From: Octopus bimaculoides
Lineage: Eukaryota
Length of the DNA stretch: 64,000 bases
Reading direction: 5' to 3'
Assembly (NCBI RefSeq): GCF_001194135.2
Contig: NC_068995.1
Span: forward strand, 56,521,860 to 56,585,859
The position numbers were made by a program, and so were the translations under genes. Every line of letters starts with the position of its first letter. Within the stretch, counting starts at the first letter, position 1. Under the pieces are notes generated by a model. It did no database searches and was not told where the DNA came from. It saw only the letters and a program-made list of their open reading frames with translations. Below, piece after piece: positions 25,873-37,937 of this stretch.

Positions 25873-27880
25873 TAGATAGATAGATATATGTCTATATATA
25901 TATATAAGGTTATTATTTTACTGGTGGTGCCCCAGCATGGCCACAGCCCTTAGGCTGAAATGCAGAAAAGAATAAAATACTATATATATTAAACATGTTA
26001 TATACATAAAGCTCAAATTTTTTGTGCTTTAATTAGCCTTCACTTGTTTATTGTTTTTACTGGCTAATCTTTTTTTCTTTCTTTAATCAAACTAAAGTGA
26101 AATAGTTACGAACAATTCTTTGATTTATAGTGATCTTCACACTCAATTTATGATATATTTGTAATTAACTAATCCATTGTCTTTACAGAGTTGCATCATG
26201 AATTTATACTTGGTCGGACTCAAATGACAAATGTTAAAACCAAATAGTTTATCAATTATATAATCCAAATCATTATTCTTCTCCTGAGTTATTGTACTGT
26301 ATTAAAGTCCAATATATCATGTCTATCCACATCTTATTCCTATAGCTCCCCATTCTCTTACAGTTCAGCATGTATGTTGTCTTGGAGATTATGATTTAAC
26401 AATGATTCTGAACTCTTTCACGGCCATTCTAAATATGTAATTCCTCTCCAAAAGACTTTTACAGTTCAGAAGCCCAAATATCATCTCAGATATTCTAATA
26501 TTCCCAAAATAAGATTGAACTTACACTCGCTTTTTGTTAAAACTTTTAAATGCAAAATTAAATTTCATGTTTATTCCAATCAAGAATGATGTTAAATATT
26601 TACCAAAACAATAAAATTGGTATTTTCTGCAGATCATAATGCTACACTAAACTTGACCTGTCTCAACAAAAACATAGTTTCAAATGTGACATTCCTCAAC
26701 AAAAGATAGACTTTGGTTTATAAAACTGCTGTAAAGGGTAACAAGAAGGACATAAAAACTGTTAATCTCAAATAAGTCAGCTTTGAATTAATGACATCAA
26801 ATAAACAGCAACAAAAAAAGGCTGTTCCATACTGTTTCATATTTGACTGTCAACCAGAGGAGGGAGAGAGGAAAGCAAGAAGAGGTACTGAGTATAGCAT
26901 TCTGATGTGGTGGTCCTGGTCAGCAAGACAGAGTAGCAAAGTACAGTGACCAATGACATCTGGTGTTATTTGATGATGATCCTTTGCTGTTAGATGTGAG
27001 AAAATTTGCTGTTGATAATTCTTAGGTTGGTTTCAATCTTATTCAGTCAGAACATGATATTGTATTACACTCAAAGAATACTTCAGATATGATTTCAAAT
27101 TTTGGCACAAGGCCAGCAATTGTAAGGGGATGGGTAAGTCAATTATCAACCCAAGCGCTTGACTGATATTTATTTTATCAACCCCGAAAGGATGAAAGGA
27201 AAGCTTAAACTTACCTCCTCTTTTTTTAACTATGAAATCTAAAAAACATTATTTTCTGTATATTTAATATAACACCTTAGATTTTATTTTACTAATCTAT
27301 TTGGAGAAAAAGAAACTAAAATTCAATTTTAAAAAAAAGAAAAATGAATCTTTAGTCAGTTCGCTAGACATTACCTCTCTTGACTAAAATTTACATAAAT
27401 TTTGGGTGGATGGAGGAAGAGTAATTTTTGAACTATTTAAAAATTAAATAGAAATAAACAAACAATATAGAATAAAAGATTTATATTTATTTTCAGAAAG
27501 ATACAAAAATAATCTAGAATTGTCAGAATTCGGCTAAGATATATATTGGTTAAGTAAGATAATGTTACAAGAAAAGAAAGCAGAACAGAAATATGAAGTG
27601 GAGATATTAGAGAAAGTTTTTCAGTCTGGATGGAGAAATATTACAACTGAGATATGTAAATGATATGTAAATAAAATGTAAATAGAAGCAAATGGATTTA
27701 TAAATTATTGATTTTCTAAAGTGATAATGAATATTCATTTCAGACACTTGTATCAACAAGCTATACAAACATACATACATATCTACATCGAAAAAATGCA
27801 TAAACATTTGGGATGAAGTACAAGGAAAAATTTTTCCAGCCTGGACTTGTCAGCATTTAGAAATTTAGGTCTCAGGTTAT

Positions 27881-27949
<69 letters not shown>

Positions 27950-28444
27950 CTAATGTTAATGAATTAAGTCTCATAAAGGTATAATTGAAATACAGTTGGA
28001 TTTCCTGATTAAAAAAAAATTGCTAACATGCACCTGTATATTCAGGAATATACCTGTCACTATTATACACATACGATTCATATGTAGACACACATTGCAG
28101 TTTCAAGAATATATTAATTATAAAATATGTGTTAATATGTTTAACACAAACATGTATATATGTATATATAACATGTATATCTGTGTATGTATATACATAT
28201 ATGCATACACATACATATTTACTATTATCATCATTATTATTATTATTTTTAAACAGTTTAATTCAGTTCTATGCTACTTAACATGTCACAGGCTCATTAC
28301 AGGAATCTAGCTCAGGCAGCCAAATCATACGTGTGTGCGTGCGTGCACACACACATGGTGGACTTCATACAGTTTCCTTTGTGAAGCTGCGCCCCCCTCA
28401 AGCTAGCATGGAAGGTGGACATTAAACAATGATGATGATGATGA

Positions 28445-28493
<49 letters not shown>

Positions 28494-29105
28494 AAGATAT
28501 ATATATACTTATATGTGGGTGAGAGCATATATGTGTGTGCATGTGAGAGAGAGAAATTAAATTTGAAAAGTTCCTCTATCTCCAAATAAAGTTAAATATT
28601 ATTTGATTTCAGCTTCTCAACTTATATTTTCCATTTACAAAAGCCTGAAAAATGTTGAATATTTTTGTTTTTCTTTCTTCTTATAGAATTTCCCGTTAAC
28701 TACTGAAATAACAGAATAACCATCCTTATAACTTGGTCAATATGAAGACTGCAAATGGATAAAATAATAGTGCAAGTCTATTGTTAGTCTTTCTATCATG
28801 GTGATGGTTTGGGAAATGAGAATAGAGCTCAGTCTGAGGTAGTTTGTATGTGCAGTTTTTGAACTTTTTTCTATTGCCCCATTTTTTTTTTGTAATGAAA
28901 AGAAGAGGTAAAAAAGAAACAATAAAATATTAATTATTAATCTTTTATTGAAAGATTAGGGCAGTTATGTCTTTTCAAATCTTTCAAATCAATTGTAATG
29001 TTGAAAAGGCCAGGTTAATATAATGTTATAATGTTTCTGTTGATGATGACAAGAAAAAAGAATTATCACACGCACAAATATATAGGAAGAGGATCATATA
29101 CATAC

Positions 29106-29161
<56 letters not shown>

Positions 29162-29868
29162 TCACATAGAAAGAGAGAGAGTGGAGGTAGAGATATAACT
29201 TGATTTTTTAAGTATCTTAAATAAAAATGATAACATTGATAATGATGAATGACAATGATAACACAACAACGACTGATAATCATAAAAACAACAATAAGTC
29301 ATTAATGTATAATAATTATGATTGTGATGATTGTGATGATGATGATGATGATGATGATGATAGTGTTTATGATAATATTTGTGCCCATGTCAATGGAAGG
29401 GAGTTAGCTGATGGGAGCAGTTATGATGATAGAAGGTATTATGGTGATACTGGTTATGACAATGGTAGTTCTTATGATGAAGGTAGCGTTTATGATGGTG
29501 GTATTGATATGATATTGGTAATTGTTTCAATGATGCTAATAGTTATGACGAGGGTACGATGAGTCATGACTGTAATAATATTTATGATGATTCACAAATA
29601 TGAAAGCCAAATGCTACTTATTGTTAATTAAATTAGATTGAAGTCTGTCTGACTGTTTGCATAATTTTAGCAGTTTCAATCAAATTAATTACTTGAAATA
29701 TAAATAAGTCAAAAGTTACATATATCCTTAAATCTTCCAAAAATGATTTGTTAAAGGTTAGTGTAATTGTGGTAAGTGTGTATCACCTTTTGAACTCATC
29801 ACTTTAAAAGCTACCACTAAAAGACTTGCCTAAGACTGGCTTTGGCCATGTGTGGATATAACTTATCA

Positions 29869-30280
29869 CACATCCATCCATCTCCTCTACCCATTACTCC
29901 TAGAAGGGTGGGAGTACAGCCCACAGGAACCTCCTCCATACAGTCCTATCAGAAGCAACTGCAACTAGACTTTCTGGTTAGATTCCCAGACGTGACCAAC
30001 TGAGACAATGGCTGCTATCCAACCATCTCATTCTTGGTCTATTCTGAGGTCTCTTACTGGTTGGCTTGACTTGAAGAATCCTTCTTATAATTCTTTCCAG
30101 CAATATTCTAATCACATGATCGTAGTACTCGAGTTATGATCTCTCGACGCACAGAAGAAGTGGCTTAACTTAGTGTAACTCTGAGTTATACCCTGTTGAG
30201 TAATGCTACTCCAGAAACCCTTTGGGCGAATCCCATTTTGGTCGCTTATATTCATGATGGTACTCTTCTGGTCACTAACC
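29869..30280 (-). mobile_element. 5'-truncated RTE (Rex3/Expander-like) LINE 3' end
   Basis: Minus translation RS*LEYYDHVIRILLERIIRRILQVKPTSKRPQNRPRMRWLDS matches the RTE motif QLRW/YYGHVxRM...RPRGRPRxRWxD; tail (GATG)n at 29869-29881. Confidence 0.8.
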
Positions 30281-30525
30281 AACAAGAAAGGATTGCAAGA
30301 CAAATTCTTCAAACAGGGTCAACCAGTAGGAGAACCAGGAGAAGACCAAGAGGGAGATGGTTGGATGGGAATAGCATAGTCTCAGTTGGTCAAACTTGAG
30401 AGTCCATCAGGAAAGTATAATGATGGTTGTTTCTGATAGGACCCTATGAAGGGGATGCCTGAGGACTCTACCCCTACGACCCTCCCAACAATAGTGGGGA
30501 GTGAAAATGGATGGATTGATGGATA
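30281..30525 (+). mobile_element. second RTE 3' end of the same family, inverted and abutting the first
   Basis: Translates QERIARQILQTGSTSRRTRRRPRGRWLD; ends ATGGATGGATTGATGGAT; homologous to the reverse complement of 29869-30100. Confidence 0.8.
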
Positions 30526-30830
30526 GCATGGTATTCAGCTTGTTAGCCGCAATCACAACAACTACGACAATAACAACACCAACATCAATAATAATAATAA
30601 ATTTCAAAATATGAATAAGGCAGTGGTCCAGCAAGGCCACAGTCAAAATGACTGAAATTAGTAAAAAAAATAAAGATATTAAATAATGTAAGTAAACTCA
30701 ACAAATATATAAAAAAAAAAATCTAAATTAAGAAAATAAACAGAAGATATTGCAAAAATTAGTGGGTATTTCCATACATGCAATAAAGATGGCCAATGTA
30801 CCAGCAGCCAGCACTTGGTAATAAATGCAT

Positions 30831-30879
<49 letters not shown>

Positions 30880-31129
30880 CCATAATATAATAAAAGCGTT
30901 GTCCATTTCAATTCTTCTGTAGAAAGATGTCTGCCTACAGGGCAACATAACCTTGCTGAGAAACACATGAGGTCCAATGACAAGAAGGGCATCATCTGGC
31001 CACCATCTGGCCATAGGAAAACATGCCCCAACGATGTCCATCTGACCAGTGCAAACATGGAAAAGTGGACATCAAAATGATGATGATGATGTTGATGGTG
31101 ACTGTTGTATAGCAACAGCAGCATTCCTC

Positions 31130-31730
31130 TGGATTACCAACCACATGAACCATCACAACTACTGTCACCACCACCACCATCACCACCACCACTGCCGCTG
31201 CTCTCAGTATGGCCACCACTTCCAACATCATCTCTCCCCCTGCCACCACTTTAGTTCTTCAATAATTCAACTTCATGTAAATGCTTTTGCTAAACAAATC
31301 TCATTTATGCCATTTGTGCAGCAACAAGAAGAGTGAAAACCAGAAATCATTAGCCTCAAAATTTGCCTTTAACCAACCTGTCCCCAGCAGCAGCAGCAGA
31401 ACCACCACCACTGCCACCAGCACCACCATCACCACCACTACTAACACCATCACCATTGCTACCACCACCACTGCCGCTACCACAACTACTACTAGTAATA
31501 CCGCCACCGCCACCACCACTGCTACCACCATAGCCACCGGCACACCACTACTACCATTACTATCACTTCCACCACCACCACCACTACTTTCACTACTATC
31601 ATTACCCCCACTGCCACCATTGTCGCTACTACCACCACTACTACTATTACTACAACTGCCATTGATAACCAGAGCAACAACAAAAACAACAACAACACAC
31701 CCAACAATAACTTCATCATCATCACAAACA
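31130..31730. repeat. degenerate (CAC/ACC/ACT/ACA)n trinucleotide low-complexity region
   Basis: Direct inspection; it generates the poly-T/P/L/V ORFs in the track. Confidence 0.85.
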
Positions 31731-34700
31731 CATACATACCGTTTTGCTTTAGTATGTTTCTTTGAAATTCCGCGAACGGTATTAGACATAAAAACAACAG
31801 GCGGACCAATAACCAAAAGAGAAATCATAACAAAGTTGACTAAAAGATCAAGAAATGCAATTTGATTCTTATTGAAAATAAAATGGCCAATCTGTCAATG
31901 GACAATTCTTGTGAAAACAGGAAGAAATAAATGTGAAGGGAAGGGTTTGGGGAAGAGTTTGGGAAGAATCTGGCAAGAATATCATGATTTGAGAATATTA
32001 AAATTGATGTGAGTGTGTATATGTCTATGTGTACACACATGTGTGTGTGTGTATGTGTATGCAGCATCGATTATGTTTCTGTGGGACTTAGGTGATTATA
32101 GATATGGATGTATATGTATATTGGAAGTAATTAAATAAGTGTGACTAGTTATGATTATATTGTGTGTGTGTGTGTGTAAGAGCTAGCCTGTGTGTGTGTA
32201 TAAACGTGTATAGTTATAGAGAGAGAAAGAAAGAGAAGGACAGGGTGAGAGAGAGAAGAGAGTGTGTGTGTATATGTATGAGTTTGGTTATGAATATATA
32301 TATATATATATATACACACACAGAAATAAAGAGGGGAGTGTGGGTGTGTGCATGCGTGCATGTGTGTATTTGTTTGGTTATGATTATATATATATTGTAT
32401 GTGGCTATAATTACAAGTTCTACACAGAAAATTACATACTGTGTATGTAATGATTGTGCTTGAGTATAAATTTGTATATATGGGTATATGTGTAAGTGGT
32501 ATCTTGACTTATCTGAGTGTGTGTGTGTATGTGTGTGTGTGTCCATAACTGACATATTTTGCATGTATGTGTGCATGTGTGTGTGTGTGTATATATATCT
32601 TGTACATCTTGACTATAATGTTTCAGAATGTAGACGGTTGAGTGAACATGTCTATGGATATTATACATTATAGATGTATGTGTGTGTGAGAGAGAGAAAG
32701 AGAGAGAGCATGTTAGTGTACAAACACACACACACACACGTACACACAGACACACACACACATATATAAATAAATGTGACTGTTGATAAAATTAAGTATG
32801 CTACATATGACGGCATGAATATATTTCTGTCAGGACAGAACAGAAGTATATGTGTGATTATGTAACAACTTTACATTTATGTGCATGCATGTGTGTATGA
32901 GTGCATGCGTGTGTTCATGTATGCATATGTATGTGTGTGTGTGTGTGTGTGTGTGATGTATAGCAGATATGATTATGTATGAGGCACTGCAGCTCACAGT
33001 AGAGTTAATAGTGCTGTATACAATTATTCATTCCAAGGAGGAATCATGTTAAATACAATGTTTGCAATAATGGTACACATGTATGATTAAGCAATTGTGC
33101 ATATTTTAATGCAGCTTACAATAAGTGTTTAAGACTAAAGATATATATCTTATAGAGTTCTTCCCTCCATGATCACTTAAGAACTTAGAAGATAAAAATA
33201 CAACACCAAAAATAAACGTGCTTATATTTATTGAAATATCAATGTTGCTTATCACCAAGTCAACTAAAATTTTAAGAGATTTACTTAACACTTTCACTGC
33301 CTCATTCATTCATTTATTTATTTTCTGAAGAAATTCACTGTCTTTCTTTTGTTTAACGTTGAAAATAATAAGGACATTAGCAAAACTATTATTACTGTAT
33401 TTTACTACATACAAATTGAATTTCACAGACCAAAACTTACAGCTAAAAGAAGAGGTTGGTCATCCTTTGATTGCTCCATTCCCACCAACACACACCCAAT
33501 CCATGATTGAACCATGATTGGACCTATTACTATAGCAACAAAGATGACATTCTTTAGAAGACATCAAAAGGTGTCAATTTTCTCAACCAGTCATATTGCA
33601 AACAACAACAACAACAACAGTGAGGATTATGAAAAACCCAAATAAAACAATATTCTCAGTCCAATATTTGTTTCTACTTAACAGTGGCTGGTGCACCCTG
33701 AGCCATTCGCTACAAGAAAGCTAGATACTTTGCTAAAATACAGTAGGCTATTCAATACAATAGGAATTAAATTTAAACTCTATTCTTCATTATTATTATT
33801 ATTATTATTTGTCTAAGCTATGAAATGACTTCAATTGATTTCTGTATAATCAATATAAAAAAAAATAATAATAATGATAACAAACACAATTAAAGTCAAT
33901 CAAATTAAATGCTCAGATTACTGATCATATTTAATTAGTTTTTCTTTCACTTATTCTGTTTTTTTTTTTGTTTTTCTTTGTAAAAGTTTTCCAAGTCACA
34001 TCAACACCAAGCTTCAATACATAGAGCCACACAACAAAGATAGACTAACCCTCTGCTTTAAATAACCTTCCACTTTTCAACGGCATGCTAAGTATTCTAT
34101 AAACTCCACATTTAATAAATATCTGACCTTTCGAGAATGATGTGTTTCTTCATCCAAAATGTCAAGTTGCTAAAAATCAGTAAAGTTTTAATTTCAATAC
34201 TAATTGTAAAAGTTAATATCAGAAAACGAGAAACAACAACTTTTAGAATATGATATAAAAAGAAGAAATTATGTTGCTGGCTTATTTTATATGAATAATA
34301 ATGATAATAATAATAATAATAATAATTATTATTATTATTATTATTTAAGTAGTTTTGTATAGAAAAGGCAAAGTAATTTTGTAAAATAATTTAAACTATA
34401 TTTATTGAAGAGTAACAATAGTCACAAGACTATTTTCAAAATAATAATAATTTTTAACTATGAAAAAAATTAAAATATTCCCTTTTCTTTTAAATCTGAA
34501 ATCTTCAACTATGCTGGAAATATATCGAGCAAATATGGTTGCGATTCCTTTTGAAGATTTTTCTAAGCTTGAGTTCACCTCCCACAAGGCATTGTGCAGG
34601 GTGTCAAAGTTTATGGAACTGGGAATCAACAAAAAAGTAGAGGTTACCTGTTATGTTAGTCACATATGTCACCTTCTGTTGTGTCTAACAATGATTGTCT

Positions 34701-34935
34701 CAAATGAGAAAGAATCCATAAAAATAATTCTTAATGTGAATTTATAGATTGAGAATTACTGGTTCATTAAAAAGTGTGTTTGTATGCTCAAACTGAGATA
34801 AAAATAATAAAAACAATATATATATATTGTGTTTGACAGTTATAGAAGACTGCTTTTGAAATGTTTTGTTGTTCCATCATCAGTGTGCATATATACATAT
34901 ATATGTATATAGATATACATGTATGCATGTAAGTA

Positions 34936-35003
<68 letters not shown>

Positions 35004-35594
35004 TATATAAACATACATTTATATATACACCTATGCACATACAACAAACATATCTGTTTGTATAAAAGTGTGTATTTATATAGGACAGCATCAAATCCAA
35101 TAAGCTGATCAATAACAAGAGAAATCAATAAAAACCAATGAACCACAACACAATTAACTGTTTTGACTTATTAGAACTCATCAGTGACACACAGACTTTT
35201 GCCTGAAGCTGTGACAGATGTCACTGCTTGGGTTGGTATCTCGTAGCTAAGCCTCAAGCATTGAACTTCTAAATAAACCTGCAGAGAAAGTAAAAACTGT
35301 TGCTGGTGAAAAACAATAACTATTGTTGTCATCTCGCACCACAAGTGACTCGGTGAAACATCTAATTAATTTAAGCAATGAGGCTGCAGAGAGGAAATAG
35401 TACAAAACCTTAAAAGTGTGTTGAAAGAGAATAAAAAGATTCTCCTTCTTGTGGTTATTTTAATTCAAATCAAGCAACATTGACAATAGCAGCCATAGAT
35501 ACAACATTGCTACTTTGAGGTACAGGTTTCATGTCTAATGAAAAGGTGTCTAAGGGAGAATATAATATAAACTGGAGTCATTATCAAAGTGTAA

Positions 35595-36102
35595 GGCTTC
35601 TGATCTTAACTGATTGCAAGTGTTGTCATGTACATTTTATTTTGTCTTCGTATAAAAGATAGGCTACAGCAAATATTCTGCTCAATACCACAGATTTGTT
35701 GGTCAGTTGTTTGACCTTAACCGGTTGAGTATGCCCCTTGGTCGCTGGCGATATGTGCATCTCTGATCACGAGCAGAAGAAGTGGGGGAGCATCGTAGCC
35801 ATGTGTTGAGAGGAATTCTTTGGGGTTTGGATAATTCACCTCTGGAAACATAGGTGTTTTGCTCAACATCCTTAAACAACCCTTATTCAGAGACCTTTTG
35901 AGTGGGATGGGCTACTCGACCTGAAGAAAATTCTAACTGAGCCTCACCTGCGAGGTCATGTGCTGTTTATCTTGATATGGTTGTGATGCATGTACCTGAT
36001 GTACCCTTATCAGATGGGTAGTTACGATGGGTATACTGGCTTTGTATATTTTACCCCGGTGTCACTTTGATGGCATGCAATACCCTCTCACTCAATAATA
36101 AT
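35595..36102 (+). mobile_element. unclassified ~510-550 bp interspersed repeat, family D, copy 1, (AAT)n tail
   Basis: Colinear over its whole length with 43968-44525 (for example GGCTACAGCAAATATTCT, CATAGCCATGTGTTGAGAGGAATTCTTT, GAAGAAAATTCTAACTG). Confidence 0.8.
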
Positions 36103-36339
36103 GCTGAGAAATGAGGATTGTCAATTATATCGATCCCAGTAGTGTTGGGGGAGCAGGGGGACAAAGACACACATTTATATATATATGATGGGCTTCCACA
36201 CAGTTTCTGTTTACCAAATTCACTTACAAGGCATCATTGTTCAGCCTGAAACTTTGGGTGGCAGAATACAACCTGTCATTCATAATTATCCTGATACATG
36301 CCAAGATAAGCCATGGAATAAGTATAAGGATTAATATCA

Positions 36340-36600
36340 GGATGGCTGATTGGCAGAATCATAAGAGCACCAGACAACTACTAGCCTTGCAGTATTGATT
36401 CACAGCCTCTTACATTCTGAGTTCAAATCCTGCTAAGGATAACTTAGCTTTCCATCCTTCCAAAGAAGTGTGTATGCATGCATGGGGGAGGATGGTTCAA
36501 TAAAATAAAGTACCAGTTATATACTAGTGTTAATTTGATTAACAACATCATCCTTCTTCAAAATACAAGGCATTGTGCCAGTATTAGAGATCAATATTAT
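36340..36600 (+). mobile_element. SINE family C with a ~27-bp insertion in the central domain
   Basis: Head, TTACATTCTGAGTTCAAATCCTGCT, interrupted CATCCTTCC...AATAAAATAAAGTACCAG, tail. Confidence 0.6.
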
Positions 36601-37777
36601 ATCCTTCCACTGATATGAAACTGACATCGGTTATCCTCCTAGTAACAAATCTCATAACCAAAATAGTAACATATACATATACATACATTCATAAAACCAG
36701 CTGTACAACATACCGATATCTTCATTAATTATAGGATAAATGTCAATTAACATACTTATAGGTTTAACATCCATTTTACATGCTTGCTTGATAAGGTTTA
36801 GTGGAGTGAGAATCTTTACAGCCGGCTGCTTTCCTTAACGCCAACAATTTTTGTGGATCATGGCACCGGTTGTTATTATAGCTTACTCACTAGTGAGCAA
36901 TATAATGTTATTATTAGCCATACGATAAACATTAACCTATGCTAAGATGAGTAACGTAATTTTTCTTTCATGAAATTTAACAATGGAAAGAATGAAATTT
37001 CTTACATCACAAAATGCTGCATAATTATTCCAGTGTTGTGTAACTAATCAGAATGACAGAATGCTAAATAGTGTTTATTTATAACACCTATTTCCAGCAA
37101 AGATCTTGATATTATGGAAGACAATCTTCTGTTCAATTCTTGGAAGATGAACCACTGGATGGAATGTGAGTCTTGTAATGGAACACCTTTATGCGCAACA
37201 TTAAAATACACATGCATAAACATGCAAAGCTATATCTGTATACATGTGTATGTTGTATGTGTGTGAGTGCGTATATNNNNNNNNNNNNNNNNNNNNNNNN
37301 NNNNNNNNNNNNNNNNNNNNNNNNNNNNNNNNNNNNNNNNNNNNNNNNNNNNNNNNNNNNNNNNNNNNNNNNNNNNNNNNNNNNNNNNNNNNNNNNNNNN
37401 NNNNNNNNNNNNNNNNNNNNNNNNNNNNNATATATATATATATAAGGTTGAAGAGGGTATTGGATTTAACCAAACCCCGGAGGATACAGGTAATACCGAG
37501 TAAGTGCTGTATACCGATTAGTTTGCCCCAATCGTTGTATGAACAGGATTGGGGATTATAAGTCGTGTATATATATGTAAAATGAATAATTTGGACAAAT
37601 ACATAATTCGATGAGTGTGTTTAAATGTTGAGCAGAGCACCAGTACAGTTTAGGTTACCTGTTGTCACCCACAGTTGTGGTCCATTTCTGTTGGATCTAC
37701 TTCAGGAACTCCACAGTGGCAGTTAGGGTAATAATATTAATTAACAGATAATAGATTTGGTATTGAATCTTTATTGA

Positions 37778-37818
37778 GTACAACGTATGTTTCGACCCAT
37801 CTGGGTCTCATCAGGTAC
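37778..37818 (-). ncRNA. minimal type I hammerhead ribozyme (Penelope-type)
   Basis: Minus strand reads GUAC-CUGAUGA-GACCC AGAU GGGUC-GAAAC AUAC GU-U-GUAC: intact core, 5-bp stem II, 2-bp stem III with tetraloop, GUU cleavage triplet, 4-bp stem I (GUAC/GUAC). Confidence 0.75.
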
Positions 37819-37892
37819 ATCGATAAAGATGTGTCTCACTCCAGATTTTTAATGTCAGCTGACTTGTTATATGTCCATCAAGTGACACTGAT

Positions 37893-37937
37893 GTACCTGA
37901 CGGGACCCAGCCTGATGGGTCGAACCGTATTTTGTAC
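37893..37937 (+). ncRNA. degenerate copy of the same hammerhead motif
   Basis: GTAC-CTGACGG-GACCC AGCCTGAT GGGTC-GAAC-CGTATTTT-GTAC. Core substitutions (CUGAUGA to CUGACGG, GAAA to GAAC) predict loss of activity. Confidence 0.6.

Noticed and set aside
31281-31865. 194-aa and 175-aa ORFs (poly T/P/L and V/G/S)
   Set aside because: Produced by a degenerate trinucleotide repeat that lacks stops in several frames on both strands.
34480-34622. Minus-strand open stretch SINFDTLHNALWEVNSSLEKSSKGIATIFARYISSIVED
   Set aside because: Plausible acceptor but no convincing donor and no recognisable homology.
35170-35300. Strong minus-strand acceptor (TTTTTACTTTCTCTGCAG) and a nearby CTGATGA...AAAAC hammerhead-like string
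   Set aside because: No good donor, and stops in all frames; the hammerhead-like string lacks a paired stem II and GAAA.
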